Shown here: positions 36,141 through 47,493 of the stretch, in pieces
How the letters are laid out: each line of letters begins with the position of its first letter
How positions within the stretch are numbered: position 1 is the first letter of the stretch
Origin: Hydrolagus colliei
Lineage: Eukaryota
Length of the DNA: 64,000 bases
NCBI GenBank assembly: GCA_035084275.1
Contig: CM068749.1
Span: 15,686,001-15,750,000 of the forward strand
Direction: 5' to 3'
The notes under the pieces: generated by a model
The model's input: only the letters and a program-made list of their open reading frames with translations
What the model was told of the DNA's origin: nothing
Database searches by the model: none
Made by a program: the position numbers and the translations under genes

Positions 36141-37547
36141 CTGTGAAACGGTGACTTCACAATTTATTCCATATATAAACAATTTTGTACCTTAGCGAAT
36201 TGTCATTGAACTTCTAAATGGAGCTGAGTTGATACAATCAGACTTGCCATTCCTTGTTATAAACCTCAGCTTCTCTTGCAGTTTCACTGCACAGAAATCA
36301 AGTCAGTTTGAAAAGCTTGGAATTGGTTCTCTTTCATTCAACATTGCTATAAGACCGATTGTACAGAAAATAATGTGTTGATACAAAGGAAGACAGAAGT
36401 ACTGTCTATTATGCAATTATTTTTCTCTTTACGCTATGAGATTCTGAAGTTAGTGAAGGGTTTGGAGGATACGGTTCAGAGGATCCACCAGGTTGGTGGA
36501 TGTCTCTGTATCTGTGACCACTGGTGTATAACTAAAATGTCTGAAGCTATAGTTTCTTCAAACTCTGGCCTCTAAATACGTGATAGGGTAGCAATGACAG
36601 TACATCCGCTCTGACCTTTTGGAGTTTTCTGAAGTACTGCTTTCCCATGTTTCGTCACACAATGGTATGGAGAGACTGTCATCTGAAAGTCTTGATGGAC
36701 TGCAGTGTTCCTTTGTTCCCCTATTTAATAGCACTCACTTAAGTTGGTATCTGAACTGCTCCCAAAATACTGTATCAAGCCTCTGTCTGTCCTTGGTATC
36801 AATTATACAATGTCACCTGTGTATCCTGACAAGCGTCGGGAGAGAATAAAAGCTTTCTATTGTTAGTATTTCACTGAAAAGACATTTTCCATAAATTGGT
36901 AGTAGTTTCACTTCCTGTTCAATGTGATAAACACTCAATGAGCATTTAAGCTGCGTCTGACATATTCATGGAATTCATTCAGTAAATGGTGCTAGGTTTG
37001 TTTTTCAAAAATTGCAATCAAATGCAAAAAAATACATTAAATCCTTTTATTAGATTCAGAAAGGCATATGTTATATGTGTGTTTGTAGAAATTTATTGTT
37101 AACATTTCCACAGTAGTTCAGATTGTGTGCGCACACATTATAGATAGAAATATATCGTTCTATATTTTGTAGTTGAGACAAACTGAAGCAGCTAAAAGCT
37201 TTGAGTTTCAGTCAACTGTTTTTTTAAAGGTAGACTGGTATTTGTTTTCACTGCTCTAAACTTCTCATATTTTAATTAACATCTAACAATGTTTAAGTCA
37301 ATAGGCAAATAGGTTTACTTTATTTTATTCTGTTATAATTTCTGTTTTTTTTATGTCTAAGCACACTCGTAAATAGTTTGAACTTGATTTCCAGTAAGTA
37401 AGCAAATGTAAGGAGGAAATATAAGGAATGTTTTTTGGTGAGAGAGAGAAAGGAGATGTGTGAGCACGTAGAGTGCAGAGGGTATGTCAGGGCAAACAGA
37501 TGAGAGAGTTCAGTGGTTGGTCTTTAACTTGTATTACTTAGGTAATG

Positions 37548-37786
37548 ATAATTTTTTTTGCGTTTGATACAACACTGTTTATGACAGAATAATTCACACA
37601 GAGCTTCATAGAATCCACTGTATAGTGGAGCGACTGCATTTTGTTGGCGAACACAGCAGGCAGTTTGCACGTAGGCAGTCGCACAAACAGATATGAAGTG
37701 ACCCAATTTCAAGACCTGTTATGAGGTTTAAACCCTCAACCTTCTGACTCTGTGTTGAGAGTGTTACCAACTGAGTCAGGCTGACA
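37548..37786 (-). mobile_element. Deu-SINE derivative with head joined directly to tail (Deu core missing)
   Basis: Head CCTTCTGACTCTG..GAGAGTGTTACCAACTGAGTCAGGCTGACA lies adjacent to tail GCACAAACAG...GAGCTTCATAG. Confidence 0.65.
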
Positions 37787-38145
37787 GATGGATAGTTACA
37801 ATACAAGGAGAGGCTATCAGAGAAGGAAGTGCAAATGAAGAGCCTGTCCAAGTGATGAAAGCACATTTGAGTGTTTCCTGGTTTATATTTAGGCCATAGA
37901 GGAGCTGGACAGATAGTATTTAAGGGGCTATCAGGACAAGCAGAACAATTAGACCACATAACAGGGCTTATCACAATACGTGGAGCATGTGCAAGGGTTA
38001 TCCGACTTGCTTCTTTACAGATATCAATTCATCCACAAGAGGGATTATCAGCCACTGTGTTCAGAGATGTTTTGTGTGTGTTACTCTGCTGATATATTTG
38101 CTTTTGGAATTTGTGTCTGTCCTTCTCTACCTAGTACTGTAGATA

Positions 38146-38183
38146 GTAGATATATATATATATATAGATATATATAGATATAT
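38146..38183. repeat. (TA)n/(TAGA) compound microsatellite
   Basis: Visible run. Confidence 0.9.
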
Positions 38184-41100
38184 CAGTCCTATTGTTTTGT
38201 ATCCACCATTAAAGCAAAAATCCAGTTCATATTTTTCTAAGTGATGAAACGTAATTCTGAATTGTTGATCCAAACTGAATTTGATCCTCTTCAGTTTCAC
38301 ACACACCTGTGGCAAAGCCGTGTGCCAGACCCTATCAAATTACCTGTCACACACGTATGGTGTAAGATCAGCTGAAACGCAAGACAATCCTGATTATATA
38401 AGCTGTTTTAAACTGTGAACAGGATGTGGGAGTTTCTGATGATATTTAATGCCAGAGTAAATTAATTTTCACTGTTTAGTTGGTGCAGTTTGCTTGAAAA
38501 AAAGCTCTAAATGACAAACAATTTAAACATAGAGCTGCATGTTTAAGCAGGCATAAAAACCTTAAGAGTAAAGAGCACGTATATCTTTATAATCCTAACT
38601 GTGTTCAGGATTGCATCAACTGTATAAACATGAGCAAAAGTGTCTGTTACACCAGGAAACTGGGATAAATTCATCACGCTCAGAACCAGCACAGAAGAGC
38701 AACAGAGAATGGCAAAATTCCTTTGTTCATTGAGAAGGACATACATCCTGTTTAAAATATCATGATGAAATCACAGCCGACAACCATCTTAACAATGTAA
38801 TAATTGGCTCATGCTTCTAAAATAGATGTTGAGTATTATAATAGGTGAAAATTTGTGGATAAAGGTACTGCCCATCTACGGAGACTAAGTCTTTCCTGTT
38901 CTCTCTCGAGGCAAGCATCAAGGAATTCAAGCCGTTTTTGATCCTAGCTAACCATAGACGAATTCGGACATCGAACAGGATTTTTTTTTAACTTGCCCCT
39001 TGTTTAAGTCTTGAGCTGTCACTGTGGATGTAGGCGTAGAGTATTCCATTGAGATTTAACCTCTCCCTTTGTTGAAGGTAGGAATCTCTATGTATGGATA
39101 ATAAAAATGTAGAAATTGACTTAATGGAAATACTGTAAGTCTCATCTGTCTGCAAATACCCATCTCAGTACCAGATTCCTAAAATGTACCCACAGTTTAT
39201 TGTACAGTATTAAAGAATACATAGTTTGAAGATGAAACAAAATTTAAATGAATGACAATTAGGATGTACATATCAAAGAACATCAGAATGAAATAGATAA
39301 ACTGCCAGATGCATTTCTATGCATTTTTTTCACATCTGCCACCTTCTGGCATGCAACATATCTCCGTGTGTAATTATATTAAGTATTGCTCTGTTTTGAC
39401 TTGATAGTTCTGCAAAATATCTTCATATTCTTCCTGGAGTGCAATTTTTTGTATCTTAAATATATTTTCCTTAATTACTGAAATAATTATTTCAGGCATT
39501 TCCAACAGAACACTCTGAAGTTCTAAACGCTATTTACTTTACCATCCTCTTGATAAACTTCACAACTATGGCACCTGCAAGTTACTTTAATTAGTGAGGA
39601 TAATTAAAATTACTGCTGTATTCTGTAATTAAGAAGGAAATTAAATCACATTATCCAACAGGAACTCCAGAGGTTATTGGTTTTGCTTTAAATGCAATTC
39701 AAATGCTTTTTAAATGATCATTCAGGAAGCAGGAGCCGGGTTTGATGTTGACATGTGAGAAAGTTGCACTGGAGAGGGAGCTAGTTCAGTGGTAATTCAA
39801 TTTCCTTGTAAATTAGGGTGAAACAGCAGGTGATATTAAAAAAAAGTAGCAAACATTCATTGAGTGGTGAGTGATAACCCATTGCTATTGTTCTACTCAT
39901 TCTGTGAGATATATCACCATAATGAGGAAGAGATATCTAAAGAAAAAGGTTTGTAACTCCAAATGAACAATAAATAGTTTTAAATATATGAAATCTTATG
40001 CCATGTTATTCATATTAAGAACAGTGGTCCTGAGAGCGAGCCTCCTGACATTTTGTCCTTCCTGATAAAGACTTGGAACATAGCCCTAATGTTGAGAATG
40101 CTGGCTTGCCAAAGCTCCTAGCTAAATATAATTTATGCTATTAAATGAATATTCTCAAAGAATAAAAGTTATCAAGGAGATCCCATAAGGTACATGGTAC
40201 AGTAATTATGCTCAGTAGTAAATGTTTATGGGCAGTTCACAGATGAAGGAACTTTCATTGTGCACTTGCCTCATTCAGAATAAACCTTGTGAAATTGACT
40301 GCAGATATTACTGAACTGACGAAATGCATCATAACAAACCTGTTTTATGTTATTGTGATAACTCACATCAAAGAATAATAGATTACACATCTGCTCTCTG
40401 TTCTTTATACATGTCATTTGATATTTTCACTTGTGTACCACAGTTTGTTGACACGAGTTCCATAAGGTAGTAAACAATAATTTTGTACTGGCTCCTTGTA
40501 TTCAATCAGGAAACCTTGCCTGATAAGAAGCAGATTTGTTACAAGAATTTACGGTCAAACTGAACATGCAGATCAAATGTTGGAATCATAACATTGTCTT
40601 TGCTGCCACTTTACATTGCATGTTGCATAGTGTAAACTTAGTGACATCTACAAGCTGGTAACTATGAATATACAACTGTGGCCAGCAGATGGAACTTTTT
40701 ATTTGAATGCACTTTTCACTCACTTTATACATGAAGGCATTAGGCGTCAAACAAAGTTACTGTCCAAATAATGATGAGACGGTGATTTATTGTTTAAAAT
40801 GTGGTAACAGCATTTTAAAATTGTAATTCTGATACCAGCTTGGAATCATATACTCTGTTTTCACTTTCTGAATTTTCCCCCTAAATTATGGTACTGGACA
40901 GTGGCGCTTTGAGTTGTTTTCAGGGATCCACAATTTTGTTTGATCCAACGCTGGGTCAAAGGAATTGTTGCAACTAATTCTCTGACAGCCAGTGTTAATG
41001 CAAAACTTAAATGTTAGAAGTGCTTTTCTTTTTTTAAAAAAAGAGCAAGGCCCTCAGCCTTGGCAAATCCGTATAGGTTTTAAAATAAAAATGTAACTGA

Positions 41101-42281
41101 TAATTAGATTATTTAATCTTGGTTTGTGCCTGCTATCCAGTAGATTCTGGAACCAAATCCAACCAAGCTGCCCCACAGGAAAAAGGCTGTCCACTATGTG
41201 GTGAAGCTAAATGAATTCATTTGAAAATAAATACAGACCAGTAACATCATACAGTGAAACCATGTTATTTGGGTCTATAAACCTGAACATCACATAATAA
41301 ATGCCAATGGTGAAAATAACTGCCTCTGATGTAGTTTCCCCTACTTTGCATGCATGCAGAGTGCAAGAAGAGAGGCTGGGCCTTTAGTCCTGATAAACAG
41401 TCCACCGCTGACATCATTCATGTGCGCAGCAGCATGCTGGATGAACGACTGTGCATGCAAAAAATCTGGCAATTGCCCTCGTGGGTCGAATGAGTTCTAA
41501 TCAAACTCGCGTAATAGCGAGGTGTGTTATAATGCGATTGTAGCCAGGTGTAAACCCGATCCATTCAAAATGGTCCATTGAATAGGCCTAAATTAATTAG
41601 GGACACCCTATCCTAACCGATAACCAACCATTAGTCAGGCTATTGCCATTAACAGTCAAACTACCACATTTTAACAGGTCATGTGATGCAGTTTATCCTC
41701 TCACCTTCTGTGATACCCATCGGATGCTGTATGTTGTGTTTGGGGAAATGCCATTGCAAGATTTATCCAACCCTGATTTCAACCATCAATTTGTGGACTT
41801 TGCCGAGATTCAACAAACCGATGTCTGCTCACTTTATTCTCTTTGCTTCATTTATAAGGAAAAAGAGTTCATACTTGAAGGGTTTAACGATTGAATGCCT
41901 GCTCAATAAATATGATGCGTGTAGTCTATCAGAAAAAAAACACTTGATTGACAACCCCATGGATATGTTCAGAGACTGATAATACAGGGTATGTCAAAAT
42001 GTCAAAAGAACTGTGTGAGCAATAGCTTAGAATGGTAGAAAAGGTCTGTCTCAAGTTTCTTAGTGGCTATTCTATTCCCATGCCTATACCACAGAGCTTG
42101 CAACTGGAGAAAAGAACCAGCTTCATTCTCTCACTGCTCAGAAAAAAAGAAGTTGACATTCATTTTGCCTCAACGTGTGTCAACATTTTTTTTTAAAGCC
42201 TGTCATTTTCTGCGTTTTCAAAATTGTTCCCTTAAGAAATCTTAAGATGTACCTTCTCCCAGATTTAAGGAGGAGAGGGAA

Positions 42282-42702
42282 TGATAAGACCTGCTCCAGC
42301 TATTTTTACTTTAGCCTTCGATCGGCAACAAAATGTTGTTGAGGCTGCACTGTGGCACATATATTAAGTGATTGGGCTGAATTCTTTTTTTAAAAGTGTT
42401 CCACTCCATGAAAGTAAATCTTTCTCTCTGTAATTGCAGCTTGTTTCTTTTTGTTCATGGTAATAAAAGTGCTCACAAGCCACAATACGTGCATCCCGGC
42501 TTGTCGTACACTATACAGAGATGCCAACACTGAAAATGTCAAAATACTGAGACGCAGAGCGAGGCGAGGATCAGGCAGAGAATGAATGTCGCACGCTTCA
42601 AATCTCTCCTGCTCAAGTACAGGATTTTCAAACCCGAAACTCAAAGCAGCCTTGGACAACCCGATTTGACATAAACACTCTGAGTCTCCATACCAAATAT
42701 GG
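42282..42702. promoter_or_regulatory. Candidate cardiac/muscle enhancer module
   Basis: GATA TGATAA at 42282, MEF2-like CTATTTTTAC at 42300, NKE TTAAGTG at 42364, perfect CArG CCAAATATGG at 42693, and local CpG retention. Confidence 0.35.
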
Positions 42703-43429
42703 CCATTTGGCATCTCTGAAGGTTTGAAATCTCTCGCAAGCCTCGCTGCTCAAGATGCAGTGCTTCTTTGTGTTTTTGATGATGGAGCTGAGCTAATAGA
42801 AGGATAAATGAGTGAGGCAGAATGTGAGGCACAGAAGTCCAATGTACTCAAGTAAAGTTTAGATGAAGATATTACTTGTAAATTCCATCCACTGCGCCTG
42901 TACATCATAAGATTTTTGATCTATTCCATTTCTGAATAATTGCTGTCTTCTTTTGTCTTATATGCAGACTGTCGTCGTCGTCCCCCGTCCCCCCCGTCCC
43001 GTCCCCCCCACCTCAGCTTCGATGTGTGGCCATTGGAAAGCAAAGGAAATGGTCTTGGCAAGGCTAAAATGCTTTTGATAATATTCTCCTTGTGAGGGCA
43101 ACACAAGGGGAAAGATTAAAAAAAATGTTTATAGCAATTAATCTTACAAAGTTCGCTGGATTATTTTGGCAACCCTCGCAGATGCAACTTTGTGAGCCTT
43201 CTCTGGAGTTTTTTTAATGTACTTAGGAAATCATAAATTACATACAGATCCCTCTTCAATTATATTATTTCAAACGAGAGTGAAGCAAAACAAAATTGTT
43301 GGCATCTGTTTAAAAATAACTTTCTTGCACTCATTCCTCCTCTGAAGCCGCCTTAACAGTTTTCTTTCAATAAGGCTCTTGCTCAGATTTTTTTTTGGGG
43401 TGTGTGGGGGGAGACTTTTTTTTAATGCT

Positions 43430-43712
43430 GCCCTTTGTTTCAAAATCACTCTCTTGTCATTTCTCTCTCGGAGTGCTCTGATATCTCTCCTCCTTTCAAC
43501 ACCTCAGTTTCTTGTTTCCTGCTGCTTCCTATTTGCTTCCCTGACTCTCCATTGAATTTTTATATCTCTTTCCTTCCTCCCCACACCACTCCCTCACCTC
43601 CCTATCACACTCCCCACCTTTCTCTTTGTTCCCATCTGCAACCTCATCACTATCCACCGCCAGGTCCTAACTGTGATCCCCCCTTTCTGCCGTATTAAAA
43701 CCCAACACAAAA
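43430..43712 (+). mobile_element. Pyrimidine-rich, probable decayed Penelope-like 3'UTR fragment
   Basis: CCCTATCACA...CTTTGTTC...TTAAAACC layout resembles the UTR I recall upstream of the hammerhead in chondrichthyan Penelope elements. Confidence 0.3.
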
Positions 43713-45916
43713 ACTATACCATCAGGGATCAGTTAGATGCTTGGTATCGTTTTACATATACCAGCCAGCAAAGGATACACTGATATTTTACACACCACTG
43801 ATCAGCTGTTTTCAAACCACGTTTGCCTTTCAAACCCCTGCTATTCTAATACCCGCTGACACTATGCTACAAGAACAATATTAAACAAAAATAAGGTTAA
43901 TCCGAAAAAGTCCCAATGTGCACAAAAGCACAGCATGCCAGTGACAAATCAATCACACGCTTTGGTTTATAATTCCTTATCACAACAACGGGTGCCGATC
44001 AAATACTATACTGTGCAGTGAATGGGGAAATTTACTTTTACATCCAGATTTCGTTTTGTTGCCTTTGAATCTTCCTGCAGGAAATTTGTGAGACAGGGTT
44101 TCCCGGAAAATTATACAGGATATTTGTATGAGGATCTGAGAGATTAAACTGCAGGTGGTCACCATCCAGAACGGGCTGATTTTTTTTTGTAATCCTCCTC
44201 CACACTGGTAAAATCATAGGTTTATAAAAGCATTGCGCACCAAGGCAATTAATATTCAAAGGGCAAAAGACTGGAATCTAATTGAAAATGCAATGGAGGC
44301 TACCTCCCCACCGTAATTAAAGAAAAATGAAATAATATTGTACAAAATGGGTTAGAATTTTCTAAAGCTCCCTACCACCCCTGTCGATTGGAAGGTTTCA
44401 AACACTCACCCAAGTAACTTTACACGTCAAATCCAATTTGGTGCTCAAGACTGGTGTGGAGTAAATTTCTATGTACTGTATTTCAAACAGGTCGCATTTA
44501 ATATGATGCTGCTCTGGGACTTCGGATTTAGATTAGCAAGAGTCTTGACTTCCAGACTGTGCAAAATAGCAAAACTCCAGTCATGTCATTGCTGATGGAA
44601 ATGCTTGAACATCATAGAAAATATAATTTTCCCCTGATGTGAGGCATAATGCTGATGAAAGTAGGAAATACTGTACTGTAGACCTCTTTGTATCCATCTG
44701 TTTGCTGCTTATGAATGGCACACTGAGTTTTGTTGCAGGCCAGTGGTAAAACCAGCATAGGAAAGACTGTGCTCTGGAAGACTTTTCACGACCATAGATA
44801 GCATTGATTACTACAAAATCGTTTTACTCACAACATGAAGCATTTAGGGAAAAAGTGTGAGCTTTTTCTGTTCACTTTTTTTTGCCTCCTTTCCTTTGAC
44901 TTCTGTCTCTCAGGGTGAAGGGCACTATATCAATGTTACCTTGTCTATCTTGTGCCATTCAGAGTTTAGACTTATCAGGCTGCTTTGAGGCTCTTGACCG
45001 TCCCTGAAGTTTCTGAAATTCCAGTCTGTGTTTTGCCTCTCATGTTTGCATGGGAGTTGACTTTATAACCTCTGTGTTGGTGCAGTTGTTGGGGAAATGA
45101 ACTGCTCGAGAATGACTGGACCGATGGAGAATTTTGTCTGAGGAGGCAAGCAAGCCAGCCACCGCAATGCATAATTGTTCAACAAACCACAGATTGCTTC
45201 CCTTTGCATAAATCCTGCCCAAAGCAAAAAAATCTAGATATGTCTGGGTATGAAATGCTGCAGTTGAGATCCATTCTTCCCAGCCAGGGAACTCTATTTA
45301 ATCACATTACCCTTTATTAGTTTATCTTCGGGGTGGTGCACCTGTATTGATCAACTTTATTCCAGTGGTGAATATCTTTACATGGCCATATACTGCTGTT
45401 CACCATCAACTATTGTCTCTTTCATATTTGATGTTTGCATTGTGTGTTGACGGTTAATTATGTAAAGTGAATTCAGCATGTTTTAAACAAGATTCTGCCC
45501 TGCCCATGCAATTTTTAAATCTGACTTTGATAGCTTTTTAAAATGTCCAGTGATATGGATGTAGCTTTGCTTCATTTCTAACACCACTAACATAGTAGGG
45601 AGCCAACATATATTATTTAATGTACATATATATATATATTGCCAATCTGTACCTAATACTTTCTGGAATATATATATAATATATAATTACCCATTATTAC
45701 TTTAGTATGTTATTTTTATGTGCAGGTGGATGTATGGAATCGCAGTTTGGTTTGGATATTCTTAAACACTTAAACATTGTGATGGGTTTCCATATGACCA
45801 GAAAAATAGGGAGTCAAACCAGACTATCTTGCTAATTTAGTTTACATTGTGCAGTATTTTGCTCTGTTCAGATCATTCCTGATTCACAATTAAATTGTCC
45901 CTTTCTCTATATACTG

Positions 45917-45942
<26 letters not shown>
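45917..45942. repeat. (TA)n microsatellite
   Basis: Pure TA run. Confidence 0.93.
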
Positions 45943-45947
<5 letters not shown>

Positions 45948-47249
45948 ATGGAGAGTTTGGTGAAGTGTTTGTCTTCTTGGTTGTCATGCTGTTGGAAAAT
46001 AATGCTGCCCGTGTAAAGGAAGACACTTTAATCTAATTATATGAGGTGAAACAGTTTCACGAAGCTTGCAGAAACGGAGGAGCTATAATTGCATTGTTCG
46101 GTGCCACGGATCGTAGAATAAAACAATAAGGTGTGATTAAATGGTCTTATTTCACGTCCAAGATTAAGTGGTCTACAATGTCCCATCTGCAGGTTTGATA
46201 CTGAGGCAAACCTCACTGAAGGATAAGTGAATTTTTTTTACATTAATGCTTGGAACCCAACAAAGCTCTTATTTTCCCCTTCTCTTCTCTCACTCCCCAC
46301 AACATACCCCTGTGCCATAAGCCTCAATATCAATGATTTGCACTCATCTCACACAATAGCTTGTGGAAGACTTTTCCTTCTGGATTAGTCACTATCGCTG
46401 CCCTCGATACTGTGACCAGTGTGAGCACTGTGTTGGGTGCTCTACTTGATTTGTGAGCTTACAGTACATTGGACAAACTGCCGTTATCATCGCTGTTTCT
46501 TGTCCCACCACCATTTTATCGTCCTAAACTATTCAGTTTGCATTCACTTGAGTGATGCGGCTTTCATTCCTTTTTTTAAAAAAAAGGAGGCATCTTAAAT
46601 TATTTTGTCTCATCTTTAATCCAAGCTGTAGCTTGAATTGTGTCTTTTGTTAGTGACTGAAGTGGCCGATTCACAGCAATAGGACGGACCATCAATCGGT
46701 TTATTGCACCCGTGAGAAATCACTGAAGGTCACACTGTCCTTATAATACCTGCAAGTCTATAGATTCCTTTATGCCATTCCAGTGCCTCCAAAGCATGAC
46801 CTAATGGAATACTTGAGCCTGTTCCTAGGAATGTAGCCTCAGTTAAAGTGACAATGTTTATTTGTTTCCTGCCTCATTATGTCAGTGTAGGCACAGTCTG
46901 AAGCACTGGTCTCTATTTATCAGCACCACTGCTGTCAGCTTTTTCTCTCTCTCTCTCTCCCTTTCTCCTTATCTGTTGAACCTATTTTTTTTAACAACTG
47001 ATAAACCTTTCAGCTCCTTCGGTGGTTTGAAAATTTGATGATCAAAATGAAGCGCTGCCTTTACTCAAACATTCCTGGTTGTTGAGACAGTTTTTTTTAT
47101 TGCCGGAGCAGAGAGGGTTAAGGGTGATATAATCGTGGATTTCAAAATTAATGAATAATTGTTTCTAAATAAAGCGAGCGTGTGAGTGAGTCGGTGACTG
47201 AAGGGCGTGAATAGAGAATTATTATGAGGTTGGGGGGGTGGGAAAGGGA

Positions 47250-47493
47250 GATTCAGGGAAAACAATTACACTGAGGACAGTTAGAATGTCAAAAGGTTGT
47301 GGAAGCTTAGACCAAAACAACATTTAAGAGAGAATTGGTTGAATATTGTAGGAAACAATAACATTACTGGATATGGGAAAGGAACAGTGGAATGGAATGA
47401 GAGTAAATAGCTTCAAATGCAGGAGCGAGCAGCAGCACAAGGCAGAAGGTGCTAAATTGACTCATTCTCTGCTGTAAAAATTGTATTATTCTG
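47250..47493 (+). mobile_element. Old CR1 LINE 3' end
   Basis: GGTTGTGGAAGC...ACATTTAAGAGAGAATTGG...GGATATGGGAAAG...CAGCACAAG...TCTGCTGTAA is collinear with 18100-18331. Confidence 0.65.

Noticed and set aside
42390-42832. Minus-strand ORFs of 107 and 63 aa in a CpG-richer block
   Set aside because: No recognisable homology or convincing splice sites; a regulatory explanation fits better.
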